DNA from: an uncultured Spirochaetota bacterium
GTDB taxonomy: Bacteria > Spirochaetota > Brevinematia > Brevinematales > JAOACQ01
Length of the DNA stretch: 64,000 nucleotides
NCBI GenBank assembly: GCA_963835575.1
Contig: CAWIGG010000002.1
Coordinates: 1,024,001 to 1,088,000, forward strand
Reading direction: 5' to 3'
Shown here: positions 1-9,442 of the stretch, piece after piece
How positions within the stretch are numbered: position 1 is the first letter of the stretch
Layout of the letters: each line of letters begins with the position of its first letter
Program-made: the position numbers and the translations under genes
The notes under the pieces: generated by a model
What the model saw: the letters and a program-made list of their open reading frames with translations, nothing else
Database searches by the model: none
Told to the model about the DNA's origin: nothing

Positions 1-101
1 TAACCAATTGCGGACATCCGGATAGTGAAATCTTTTATAAAATAGGTAAATACCATATGAAAGATCTGGTCTATTTATTAACAAATAAAATGTGATGAGG
101 C

Positions 102-935
102 TCACTTGAACATAAGCCCGATCAGCCGGTCCAGGATCGGTGAAGGTATCATGGTCGTCAAATTGTCAATCAGGATACTTTTTGAAATGATATAGCGGGC
201 CTTCGGGTTTTTCTTAAGGAATATTTTATAGATTATCCCGGCGGCCTCATCGGAAGGCAGGCCCTGGTTGCCTCCGGCGATGAATTTTCCGGCGCCTGAT
301 TGATAGCCTTTTTTATACCTCTCATTGACCTTCGGCAGGAGCTCTTTTTTAATCCTCTTCCAGCTGTTATTCCAGATCGGAGTGGCCACAGCGCCCGGTT
401 CGAGGATGACAGTTTTTACCCCGAAAGGCCTCATTTCTCTCCTTAAGGATTCCGTAAAGCCCTCCAGAGCGAATTTTGAGGAGACATAAGGGGAAAAGTA
501 GGGTAGTCCGATCCTACCGGCAAAAGAGCCGTTGATGATGATTTTTCCTTTGTCCTTGATCAGCAGGGGGATCAGTTTCTGCGTCAGGGAATAAAGGCCG
601 AAATAGTTCACCTCAAAAACCTCACGGACGCCGCTGAGAGGCATATTCTCCACAGGGGCAGCCAGCACCATCCCGGAATTATGGATGAGGGCGGAGATTA
701 TAAATCCTTTTTTTGAAAGATTTTTTACCGATGCCGCGAACGCCCCGATCTCCTTTTCCTTTCTCAGGTCCATTTTCTGCGTGATCAGGTTATTTTTAGC
801 CGGGAATGGGGGATTAACCAGATAGGAAGCCAGGACAGTATAGCCTTCATCTAAAAAAACGCGGCAGAGGCTTTTTCCGATCCCGGTATCGCAGCCTGTA
901 ATGACAATAAGATTTTTCTCATTATTTTTGTTCAT
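102..935 (-). CDS. SDR family NAD(P)-dependent oxidoreductase
   Basis: ITGCDTGIG Rossmann motif, EVNYFG, YVSSK catalytic YxxxK, EPGAVAT. Confidence 0.93.
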   Translation of the reverse strand: MNKNNEKNLIVITGCDTGIGKSLCRVFLDEGYTVLASYLVNPPFPAKNNLITQKMDLRKEKEIGAFAASVKNLSKKGFIISALIHNSGMVLAAPVENMPLSGVREVFEVNYFGLYSLTQKLIPLLIKDKGKIIINGSFAGRIGLPYFSPYVSSKFALEGFTESLRREMRPFGVKTVILEPGAVATPIWNNSWKRIKKELLPKVNERYKKGYQSGAGKFIAGGNQGLPSDEAAGIIYKIFLKKNPKARYIISKSILIDNLTTMIPSPILDRLIGLMFK

Positions 936-1115
936 AAGGCCTCCTTACCGATAAAAAACATGGTTTTTAAAATTAATAAGTGTTAATATAATATATTATG
1001 CGGTATAATATTAGTCAAAAAATATATTAAAATATATGAGGGAAATTCCATTAAATAAAATGCAATAATATTGAATAAAAATTTCAAGAAAAGACGTCTG
1101 CAAAGGTAATATATA

Positions 1116-1254
1116 AAGACCTTTGCACAGTAAACTTAAGATAATTCGCTGCCTGATAAAACTTTAGGCAATAAATTGCCGCTTTAAACTGGACTTTTTC
1201 ACGGTTTCTATTTAATTATCCGTTAATGGTTTGCGGAAACCGTGCAAAAGTCTT
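1116..1254. mobile_element. Putative ~140-bp MITE with IS5-like terminal inverted repeats
   Basis: AAGACCTTTGCAC (1116) and GTGCAAAAGTCTT (ending 1254) are inverted repeats with 1 mismatch, flanked by TATA on both sides; no coding capacity. Confidence 0.55.
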
Positions 1255-1290
1255 ATATAATAAGAACAGGAATAAAATTGGAGGTTTTCA

Positions 1291-1827
1291 ATGGCAAAGG
1301 ATATTTTTGCAAAAATGGTGGTCATTTTTATTCTGTCCATTTCTATGGGTTTAAGCTGTTCGAATAATTCCGGCAATGACTCAAAACAAACAGATAGTCC
1401 TTATGATCTTGTGATCTATAATGCCACAACAAGTCCATCTCTTCCGGTCACTTTTAAGACAAATGACAGGACATCCGTCAGCTTTACGGCATTTATATCG
1501 AATAAAGGAGCATTTATTACAAATTCATTGTTCATTATCGCAACCGTCTTTGTGACACACATATCCGGGATGAGTTATGCGGATATTGAAAAATGCTACC
1601 CATTAATAGCTAATGGAGTTCAATATAACATGCAGACGGGAGCCGTTCTTTCCATAACAATACCAGAATTTCCGCCGTTTGACATTTCCCAATTCACTGC
1701 GCCCGGCACAAATTATTATTATATTTTAACTTCTATAGATGATATTAATAATTACGAATATCCGGATAAAACTCCCGATGATAACGTCTATCAGTTGAAT
1801 TCTACGCCTGTTATTGTGACAGAATAA
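1291..1827 (+). CDS. Hypothetical lipoprotein
   Basis: GGAGG RBS; hydrophobic N-terminus ending in GLSC lipobox-like motif. Confidence 0.7.
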   Translation: MAKDIFAKMVVIFILSISMGLSCSNNSGNDSKQTDSPYDLVIYNATTSPSLPVTFKTNDRTSVSFTAFISNKGAFITNSLFIIATVFVTHISGMSYADIEKCYPLIANGVQYNMQTGAVLSITIPEFPPFDISQFTAPGTNYYYILTSIDDINNYEYPDKTPDDNVYQLNSTPVIVTE

Positions 1828-1909
1828 ATATTTTACGAATGGTTTAAATTATTTCCAGGACTTAAATGGATTTTGGAGCTGTTTTTTAACAAATAATTGG
1901 AGTGATTTT

Positions 1910-2818
1910 ATGAAAAAGAAAATGAACGACTTAATTATTCTCAGTCTGGCGATTATTTCTTTAATGATGATGCTGTTTATATTAACGAATTGTACCATTG
2001 CTCCCGGCTCTTCCGGCACATCCGGCCCGGCCCCTGTTTACGGCCATACAAACAGGGTCGCCGTGATAGGCGACAGTATTTCGGCCGGGATTAATTCCGA
2101 TTATTTTTTACAAGGTAAAACTAATGCAACTTATGGATGGGTAGATATGCTGAACGGCGAAGGCTATACCGGTATTCCGGCCCCGGATCCGAATATTCAT
2201 GCAATCTGGCCTGATACGCTTGTTATCCTCAATAATTATGCGGGATCGGGATTAACGGCCGTGTACTGGAATAATTCTTCCGTTCTGGCGCCTGTCATCA
2301 GCTTCAATCCGGATATCATTATCGTCTTTATCGGGGCCAATGATGTTCTCAATTCTGTAAGGGATAAAAGCCATCCCGGCATAATACCGGACAGCGATAT
2401 GATAGCGCTGACCAACAATATAGGCGGGATATTGGATAAGCTGACAAATAGTCTCACAAACGCCAGGCTTGCCCTGATTGATTATTACGATTTTCTGGAC
2501 GGCCGCAGTAGAGACCTGACAAATTCTTCCACTTTAAGTATGTTCAACTATTTTTCAAATATGTCGGAATACACTACCAATGGAAACTTAATGATGTCTA
2601 ACCTGGCCCTTGGATATGGAGCAAAATTCATTGACATATATCCCGGATTTTTGAACCATTGCTACGGCAGTCTCCTGGGCGGGTCCCATTCATTGCCTGA
2701 TTTTGTCAATTTTGGATTATATACTTTCACGAATTATATAGATCCTCATCCGACAACAGCGGGTCACGGCAACATATTTGTCACAGTCCTGAATGTTATT
2801 AAGTATATGACGAATTGA
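1910..2818 (+). CDS. SGNH/GDSL hydrolase family lipoprotein
   Basis: GDSI block I, GAND block III, DPHP block V; signal peptide ending LTNC. Confidence 0.88.
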   Translation: MKKKMNDLIILSLAIISLMMMLFILTNCTIAPGSSGTSGPAPVYGHTNRVAVIGDSISAGINSDYFLQGKTNATYGWVDMLNGEGYTGIPAPDPNIHAIWPDTLVILNNYAGSGLTAVYWNNSSVLAPVISFNPDIIIVFIGANDVLNSVRDKSHPGIIPDSDMIALTNNIGGILDKLTNSLTNARLALIDYYDFLDGRSRDLTNSSTLSMFNYFSNMSEYTTNGNLMMSNLALGYGAKFIDIYPGFLNHCYGSLLGGSHSLPDFVNFGLYTFTNYIDPHPTTAGHGNIFVTVLNVIKYMTN

Positions 2819-2819
2819 T

Positions 2820-4673
2820 TCAATAGCTCAATCCGTACCCATAGGGATAAAGCACATCGATTTTCGTATCCCCTGTATTGGCGTTCCAGAATTTGTCGTC
2901 CTTCGGCCATGTGAAGGGGAGCTTTCCCGTCGGGTTGTAATCGCCGAACAGGACATCCGCTACGCCCTGTCCCTCCGTGCCCGGGAGCCATGCCGCGAGC
3001 AACGCCTGACATTTTTCATCAAATAAAGAAGTAACGACGGGCCTCCCGGATAGAATGACAACGATGGTCGGTATGTCCTTGTTCTGAAGCTGGTCAATCA
3101 AGTCCATATCATCATATTCAGGGATCGGCGTTGTGCTGTCGCCCAGCATTTCGGCATATGGCTTTTCACCGATCACAATAAGGAACGCGTCAATATTTTT
3201 TACTTTTCCGCTGGAAATGTCTTTTAAATCCGTTACATATGTCACTTCCGTTTTTTTGGAAACGGTATTTTTTACTGCCTTGAGGATTGTCGTGCCTGTC
3301 TGCTGGCTTGTCAGCGATCCCTGCCAGTTGATAGTCCAGCCGCCGCATTGAGCGCCGATATTATCGGCTTTGGGGCCGAGAACGACCAGGTGCTTGATGC
3401 TTTTTGCAAGCGGAAGCGCCTTGTTTACATTCTTGAGCAGGACGATGGATTCCCGGACGGCCTGACGGGCTATTTCGCGGTGTTTTTTTGAACCGAATTC
3501 TCTTACAGCGCCGATATTTCCATGCGGGTGGTCGAAAAGGCCCATTTCATATTTAACCCTCAGGATCCTCGCCGCCGCGTCATCAATCCTTTCGGGACTG
3601 ATTTTCCCTTCTTTTACCGCTTTTTCCACAGTCGCTATGAAGAGCTCATATTTGTCCGGCACCATTACCATATCGATCCCGGCGTTGATCGATTCCGTTA
3701 CCTGGTCTAAATATTTGCCTGGAAGATCCTCGATGGCCTGCCAGTCCGATACCAGAAAGCCGCCGAACTGAAGCTCACCTTTCAGGACATCGGTCAGCCA
3801 TTTTTTATTTCCATGCATTTTTTCTCCGTTAACGCTTGAATAGGAAACCATAATCGATTCGGCGCCGGCTTTAATAGCCTCTATATAAGGTTTTAAAAAT
3901 ATACTGCGTAAAACATCTTCTTTTACCCTTGCGTCGCCCCTGTCCAGGATTCCGGTTATTCCGGTCCCGTAAAATGTTCCCCCGTCGGCCAGGTAATGCT
4001 TGGGGCAGGCAAGAACGCTGGAAGAGTCTGAATTATCGGACCCTTGGAAGCCTCTGACAGCCGCCGAACCCAGAAGGGCGACCAGCTCGGGGTCTTCGCT
4101 GTAGCTTTCATAAGTCCTTCCCCATCTTTTGTCTCTGGCAACGGCCACGCAGGGAGCAAAAACCCAGTTGATGCCGAGAGACGCGCTTTCCAGTGCTGTA
4201 ATCCTGGCCGCTTTTTCAACAAGGCCGGGATCGCGCGTCGCGCCCATTCCGGCGTTATGCGGAAAAACAACCGCTCCGAGGATTCTTGCGTTGCCATGAA
4301 CGGCGTCAATACCGTACAGGATGGGAATTTTAAGCCTTGTCTGCAATGCGTATGATTGATAATAGCTTGTATAATTAACCCAGTCGGAGGGACCGTTCCC
4401 TTCGGCAGGCGATGTATTTCCGCCGCTCAGAAGCGATCCGATAAAATATTTTTTTACATCGGCAGGATTCTGCATATAGGAAGTATCGACCTGCGTCATC
4501 TGGCCGATCTTTTCCAGAAGCGTCATTTTAGCCAGGAGAGTTCTGACCCTTTTGTCAATGATATCATCAGCATAGGACAGAAGCGCAGAAATTTGAAATA
4601 TAAATAACAATAATGATAAGATTACCAGCCGCTTTCCGGTCTGTCTGGTCCGATGCCGTTTTTTATTAACCAT
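2820..4673 (-). CDS. Secreted GH3 beta-glucosidase
   Basis: EKIGQM, GIDAVHG, RWGRTYES, KHY, VSDW nucleophile motif, AWLPGTEG, YPYGYGLSY. Confidence 0.95.
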   Translation of the reverse strand: MVNKKRHRTRQTGKRLVILSLLLFIFQISALLSYADDIIDKRVRTLLAKMTLLEKIGQMTQVDTSYMQNPADVKKYFIGSLLSGGNTSPAEGNGPSDWVNYTSYYQSYALQTRLKIPILYGIDAVHGNARILGAVVFPHNAGMGATRDPGLVEKAARITALESASLGINWVFAPCVAVARDKRWGRTYESYSEDPELVALLGSAAVRGFQGSDNSDSSSVLACPKHYLADGGTFYGTGITGILDRGDARVKEDVLRSIFLKPYIEAIKAGAESIMVSYSSVNGEKMHGNKKWLTDVLKGELQFGGFLVSDWQAIEDLPGKYLDQVTESINAGIDMVMVPDKYELFIATVEKAVKEGKISPERIDDAAARILRVKYEMGLFDHPHGNIGAVREFGSKKHREIARQAVRESIVLLKNVNKALPLAKSIKHLVVLGPKADNIGAQCGGWTINWQGSLTSQQTGTTILKAVKNTVSKKTEVTYVTDLKDISSGKVKNIDAFLIVIGEKPYAEMLGDSTTPIPEYDDMDLIDQLQNKDIPTIVVILSGRPVVTSLFDEKCQALLAAWLPGTEGQGVADVLFGDYNPTGKLPFTWPKDDKFWNANTGDTKIDVLYPYGYGLSY

Positions 4674-5037
4674 ACTTTTCTCCTCAAGTTTGCATTTTTT
4701 TAATATATCTTATTACAGAAAATCCTGAAAATAATTGTATTTTATGAACTTTCAACGTTGTTCTGTATTATGCATCTTTTGCAAAAAAACCGCCTTATCT
4801 TAATGACAGAATAATAAACTGTCAATAAATGGAATATCACTTATGATTAAATGAAAACGGCCTGATTTTATCAGGAAAGAATTTTTTGTTCTTACAAATC
4901 ATAAAAAATATTTTTTATTTTCTTTTCAAAAAATGATTAAAAAAGACGTAGTATATATAGAACTGGATTTCTATTTTTTATTTAATTTAAGATTTTAATA
5001 GTTATCATTTGTATAAAAATTGAATAGGGGGCCGGCT

Positions 5038-5685
5038 ATGAAAATAGGTATCATTGACAGCGGCGCTGACAGAATATTCGCGAAAGATTATTCTCTGATT
5101 ATTAAATCCGCTTTTGTTTTTAAAGAGAACCCGGAAAAGATCAGTCTGCAGGCTTTTGAGTATAATAACAGAGATATTTCAGAATGGCTGAAGGGCAGAA
5201 GCGACATTCTGTCTGATGAAATCGGCCATGGAACGGCCGTTCTATCCATTATCTCTAAAAAATATCCCGACGCGGAATATTACATAGCCAAAATGATCGA
5301 TTACAAAAATGACTATTATTCACGCTGTCTTTTGGAATCACTGCGCTGGATGGTGGAAAAGGCGGCTCCGGACATCATCAATATAAGCTACGGCACAGTA
5401 GACAGCGGAGTGAGAGAGGAATTGTACCAATTAACTAAGAGAGGAAAAGAAAAAGGAATAAAAATTTACGCGGCGGGAAGCTCCTATCTCAGTTATCCCG
5501 CTGTTTTTGATACTGTAATCACCGTGACGGATACAAGGACGATCGACAGCAAATGCCACTGGATCATGCAGATGGCCGTGGACAAGATCGTCAGTGATGA
5601 ATATGTGGAGATATGGCGCAATAATGAGTGGATAAAGGACCATGTTTATCCCGGCTGGGCCAGCGCCATGGTGGTAGAAGACTGA
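5038..5685 (+). CDS. Small S8 (subtilase)-like protein, catalytic Ser motif apparently absent
   Basis: IIDSG, GHGTAV, IINISYG and YPA motifs present; no GTS/GNS motif near C-terminus; start set at ATG 5038 after a GGGGG RBS-like run. Confidence 0.7.
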   Translation: MKIGIIDSGADRIFAKDYSLIIKSAFVFKENPEKISLQAFEYNNRDISEWLKGRSDILSDEIGHGTAVLSIISKKYPDAEYYIAKMIDYKNDYYSRCLLESLRWMVEKAAPDIINISYGTVDSGVREELYQLTKRGKEKGIKIYAAGSSYLSYPAVFDTVITVTDTRTIDSKCHWIMQMAVDKIVSDEYVEIWRNNEWIKDHVYPGWASAMVVED

Positions 5686-5757
5686 GAATCATTATAAAAG
5701 AGTCCCGGGTGATTGCCGACACTGAAAAGAAATTTGAATATGCGAAAGTAGATTAAA

Positions 5758-5777
5758 TATGGTGATGTCATAGATAT
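5758..5777 (+). repeat. 20-bp direct repeat, left copy flanking the DUF3800 cassette
   Basis: TATGGTGATGTCATAGATAT, 19/20 identical to 6952-6971. Confidence 0.8.
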
Positions 5778-5881
5778 AGGAAGAAATAAATCGTGAACTA
5801 TAAATTTTGTTTAAAAAATAAATATTAGAATATATTAGGAATTTTGGCAAATTAGTTGCACCTACTATATTAGCAAAACAC

Positions 5882-5910
5882 TTGACATCGTTTAAAGATA
5901 ATGGTATATT
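5882..5910 (+). promoter_or_regulatory. Sigma70-type promoter
   Basis: TTGACA-N17-TATATT. Confidence 0.7.
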
Positions 5911-5955
5911 ATTTAACGTTCATTATTTATATTTTCTATAAAATATCCGATAATG

Positions 5956-6031
5956 AAAAAAAGCGTCTGGAAGGAGCCGCAAAGCGTCTCTCAGAAAGGC
6001 TATATTGCCTTACATCCAGTCGCTTTTTTTT
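5956..6031 (+). ncRNA. Candidate structured RNA upstream of DUF3800 gene (possible DUF3800-associated RNA motif)
   Basis: Outer stem AAAAAAAGCGtCTGGA / TCCAGtCGCTTTTTTT encloses sub-hairpins such as AAGGC-tatatt-GCCTT; GC-richer than surrounding DNA; ends in a U-tract. Confidence 0.55.
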
Positions 6032-6058
6032 ATATTCCATTATTTATAGGAAGAAATT

Positions 6059-6946
6059 ATGTTTCTATGTTATATTGACGAATCAGGCACACCAGAAGTA
6101 CCAGGGAATTCAAAATATTATGTATTAGCAGGAATTGCTATACCAATCACAAAATGGAAAGATTGTGAAAATGATATAAATAGAGTAAAAGGCAATTACG
6201 CACTTCAAAATGATGAAATTCATACAGCATGGTTGAGTCGCAAATATATTGAACAAAGTAAAATTCCAAATTTTGAAACTTTAAATTATCATCAAAGAAG
6301 ATTTGAAGTAGAACAAATAAGGAATAATGAATTATTAAAACTTCAAAGATCAAGAAAAAATAAGTTATACATACAAACAAAGAAAAATTACAAACAAACT
6401 AATGCCTATATCCATTTAACATATAATGAAAGAATAGACTTTTTAATTGATATAGCTAAATTAATTTCCGGATGGGGATATGTAAGATTATTTGCCGAAT
6501 GTATTGATAAATTTTATTTTGATCCAGCTAAAACAAAACGTAGTATTGCAGAACAAGGATTTGAACAAGTAGTGTCTCGTTTTGAACATTATTTATCATT
6601 ATGTGGCAAGTCCACAAAAATATTTGGGTTACTTATTCACGATAATAATGAAACAGTTGCAAAAAAACATACTGAATTAATGAAAAACTTTCATGCCAAT
6701 GGAACATTTTGGACTGGTATCAATAATATTATTGAAACTCCTTTATTTGTTAATTCAGAACTAACAAGCATGATTCAGATAGCTGATCTTTGTAGTTATA
6801 GTTTGCGTAGATATTTAGAAAATGCAGAAACTGATTTATTTAAACTAATATTTACTCGGGCTGATACTCACAATGGAAAATGTGTAGGAGTTAGACATTT
6901 TACAAATGCTTCTTGTACTTGCATAATCTGTCAATCTCATAAATAA
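6059..6946 (+). CDS. DUF3800 domain-containing protein
   Basis: N-terminal YIDESG, EIH and C-terminal IQIADL motifs; AT-rich relative to neighbours. Confidence 0.88.
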   Translation: MFLCYIDESGTPEVPGNSKYYVLAGIAIPITKWKDCENDINRVKGNYALQNDEIHTAWLSRKYIEQSKIPNFETLNYHQRRFEVEQIRNNELLKLQRSRKNKLYIQTKKNYKQTNAYIHLTYNERIDFLIDIAKLISGWGYVRLFAECIDKFYFDPAKTKRSIAEQGFEQVVSRFEHYLSLCGKSTKIFGLLIHDNNETVAKKHTELMKNFHANGTFWTGINNIIETPLFVNSELTSMIQIADLCSYSLRRYLENAETDLFKLIFTRADTHNGKCVGVRHFTNASCTCIICQSHK

Positions 6947-6951
6947 AGAAT

Positions 6952-6971
6952 TATGGTGATGTCTTAGATAT
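6952..6971 (+). repeat. 20-bp direct repeat, right copy flanking the DUF3800 cassette
   Basis: TATGGTGATGTCTTAGATAT begins 5 bp after the DUF3800 stop codon. Confidence 0.8.
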
Positions 6972-7028
6972 TTTTTGTTTTTATATTGATATTTTTGTTA
7001 TTTAAAATTATCAAATCAATCTCCAATC

Positions 7029-8018
7029 TCAAATCTTTACCCACACGCCTTTTCCACCCGATTTAAACAGAGCGTCGAGGACCTTCATATTATTGACCGC
7101 GTCTTCCGGCGGGATGGGAACTTCCGTATCCTCTCTCACGGCCTTCGCGAACGCGTCGAACTGAAGAAGGTAATGGTCCGAAGCCTCCGTTTTGATGATC
7201 TCCGCCGGCTTTCCCCCTCTTGCCAGGATGATGGAAGCGGGCTTGCCGGGTAGAGGATTAAATGGAATTTCAATGATCAGGACGCCTTCGCTGCCATGAA
7301 CTTCCACTTTCTGCCAGTTGTAAGTCTGCGTTGAAACTGTAAAGACCGTCCTGGCGTCCTCAAAGTCCAGAATTCCCGACGAGAGGACATCGGTCCCGAA
7401 ATCCTCGTCAAAGGCGTTCAGGCCGGCCGCGCGCCAGGGTTCGGATTCCAGGAGGAAGCGGGACGAGGAAACGGCGTAGCAGCCGATATCGAGGAGCGCG
7501 CCCCCGCCGTAGGCCTTGATGTTCCTGATGTCGTCGGGGTTTTTATTATTGTATCCGAAGAAAACGTATATCGACTGGACCTTTCCGATCCTTCCTTTTT
7601 TGACAATCTCCAGGGCTTTAATCCACTGCGGATGGAACCGGTACATGAACGCTTCCATGATTTTAACATCCTTTTTACGGGCATAGTCAACGGCTTTACT
7701 TGCCTCATCAGCGTTCATGGCTATGGGCTTTTCGCAGATGATGTGCTTTCCGGCATCAGCGGATTTTTTGATCCATTCCAGGTGGAGGTGGTTGGGCAGC
7801 GGAATGAAGACCATCTCAATGGATGGATCGCCCAGCAGCTCTTCATAGGATGAAAACCACCGCGGTATGCCGTATTTTTTCGACGCTTCCTCTGCTTTTT
7901 CAGAGGAGCGGGATGCGACCGCATAAAGTTCTACAAGCTTCGATTTTTTAACAGGCGGAAGTACTCTTGAGATAAAATGGCTGGAAACTCCCAGGACCCC
8001 CATTCTGACAGGTTTCAT
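7029..8018 (-). CDS. Gfo/Idh/MocA family oxidoreductase
   Basis: LPNHLH, GKHIICEKP, EAFMYRFHPQW, GGGALLDIGCY. Confidence 0.95.
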   Translation of the reverse strand: MKPVRMGVLGVSSHFISRVLPPVKKSKLVELYAVASRSSEKAEEASKKYGIPRWFSSYEELLGDPSIEMVFIPLPNHLHLEWIKKSADAGKHIICEKPIAMNADEASKAVDYARKKDVKIMEAFMYRFHPQWIKALEIVKKGRIGKVQSIYVFFGYNNKNPDDIRNIKAYGGGALLDIGCYAVSSSRFLLESEPWRAAGLNAFDEDFGTDVLSSGILDFEDARTVFTVSTQTYNWQKVEVHGSEGVLIIEIPFNPLPGKPASIILARGGKPAEIIKTEASDHYLLQFDAFAKAVREDTEVPIPPEDAVNNMKVLDALFKSGGKGVWVKI

Positions 8019-8080
8019 ATGCGCCTCCTCTATTTTTGGCGGGCTATCGGACAGCCTTAATTACATCTTTGACCGCTTAT

Positions 8081-9037
8081 TTAATCGACAAATTTTTTTA
8101 TAAGTCCGACGACTTCGGGACCGAGATAATCGTGATCCTTGCCTTTGAACATAAAGACCGTGACATCGACTCCGGCATTACGCATTTTATCAGCATAGGC
8201 GTTTCCTTCGTCGCGAAGCGGATCGAGCTCGCAAGTGACGACTAAAGCCCTCGGCAGGCTGGCAAACGATGAAGCCTTTATCGGATGTGCATAAGGATCA
8301 TTCGCGTACTTTTCCGGGTCGCCGGTATACAGCCTCTCGAAACTCTCCATACTCTTCTTCGTCAATATCGATCTGCCTGCATTTTTCACACGCGATGGAA
8401 AAGGCTTGTCATTATCATCAGTTCCGACCGGCGGGCACAATAAAATCTGTCCTTCTATCCTGGCTCCGGATTTATCGCGGGACATCTGGGACAGAACAGC
8501 GGCAATTTGTGCGCCCGCGCTGTCGCCGGCAACGTAGACCTTATGAGGATCAATACCGAGTCTTTTATAATTTTCAGACGCCCATTTCAGTACGGCATAT
8601 GAGTCGTTAATCCCCTGAGGGTAAGGATGCTCGGGAGCAAGCCCGTAATCAACGGATATGACGACTGTATTGCATTCCTTCGCGATCCTTCGTGTGAATC
8701 CGTCGGTCATCTCGATTCCGCCGAGAATAAATCCGCCTCCATGCATATAAATGACAACTTTCGAGGAAGCAAGAACGCCGATCGGTGTATAAATCCTGAT
8801 GGCGACATTTCCATTTGGACCGGGAACAGACATATCTTCGATGTTTTTCAGTTTTATGTCTTTGGATTGCAGGGATATATTGCTGTTTTTTTTCATCACC
8901 GTAAGATTTTCTTCTATATGATCCATCATATACCTGACATAAAGCGGAAATATGAGAAAATTAAAGGCAATAATACATAAAAAAATAATACAAACAATAA
9001 TTGAAGGAATCAATATTAATTTGGTTTTTGTTTTCAT
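8081..9037 (-). CDS. HSL-family alpha/beta hydrolase (esterase) with N-terminal membrane anchor
   Basis: HGGGF, DYGLAPEHPYP, GDSAG, DPLRDEG. Confidence 0.93.
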   Translation of the reverse strand: MKTKTKLILIPSIIVCIIFLCIIAFNFLIFPLYVRYMMDHIEENLTVMKKNSNISLQSKDIKLKNIEDMSVPGPNGNVAIRIYTPIGVLASSKVVIYMHGGGFILGGIEMTDGFTRRIAKECNTVVISVDYGLAPEHPYPQGINDSYAVLKWASENYKRLGIDPHKVYVAGDSAGAQIAAVLSQMSRDKSGARIEGQILLCPPVGTDDNDKPFPSRVKNAGRSILTKKSMESFERLYTGDPEKYANDPYAHPIKASSFASLPRALVVTCELDPLRDEGNAYADKMRNAGVDVTVFMFKGKDHDYLGPEVVGLIKKFVD

Positions 9038-9198
9038 ATTTACTCCTTATGAACAATATCAGTATTGGATATTTAATACCTGAAATTTCATCTATTAAAA
9101 ATAATAAACAAAATCCGATTAAAAAGCAAAAAGATTCAGGGCAGTTCAAAATAAAATTTCAAACTTTTCATAAAAACAATCCGGTTTTATCACCGTCT

Positions 9199-9227
9199 TT
9201 GACATTTCATAGTGGGTTTCTTATAAT
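9199..9227 (+). promoter_or_regulatory. Perfect-consensus sigma70 promoter
   Basis: TTGACA-N17-TATAAT. Confidence 0.85.
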
Positions 9228-9234
9228 ATAGCCC

Positions 9235-9379
9235 ATTTTTCAGCAGGTTGTACAGATTTATGCTGCTGCTGAGTTCTCTTGTTGGTGTCCTTCGGCTTTA
9301 TTTGGGAACTAAGCTTGTCGAACCACGAACTCCGAATGACAACGAATGGGCAGCAGCGTATTTTAGATCACAGAAAAAT
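9235..9379 (+). ncRNA. Candidate rod-shaped structured RNA or long leader, class unassigned
   Basis: TATGCTGCTGC/GCAGCAGCGTA, TGTCcTTCGG/CCGAAtGACA and ATTTTTC/GAAAAAT nested pairings start just after the promoter. Confidence 0.4.
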
Positions 9380-9390
9380 AAATCATTAGT

Positions 9391-9424
9391 GGCAGTTCAA
9401 AAATTTTACGATTTTTGAACTGCC
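9391..9424. repeat. Perfect 14-bp-arm palindrome
   Basis: GGCAGTTCAAAAAT-tttacg-ATTTTTGAACTGCC. Confidence 0.8.
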
Positions 9425-9442
9425 TAATACAGGAGTTTCTCT

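Noticed and set aside
5901..6128. 75-aa ORF upstream of DUF3800
   Set aside because: Starts within the promoter and runs through the hairpin; better explained as non-coding
9235..9379. SRP RNA or tRNA identity for the long hairpin
   Set aside because: No SRP helix-8 motif or cloverleaf on either strand; the GTTCGA match belongs to a repeat motif
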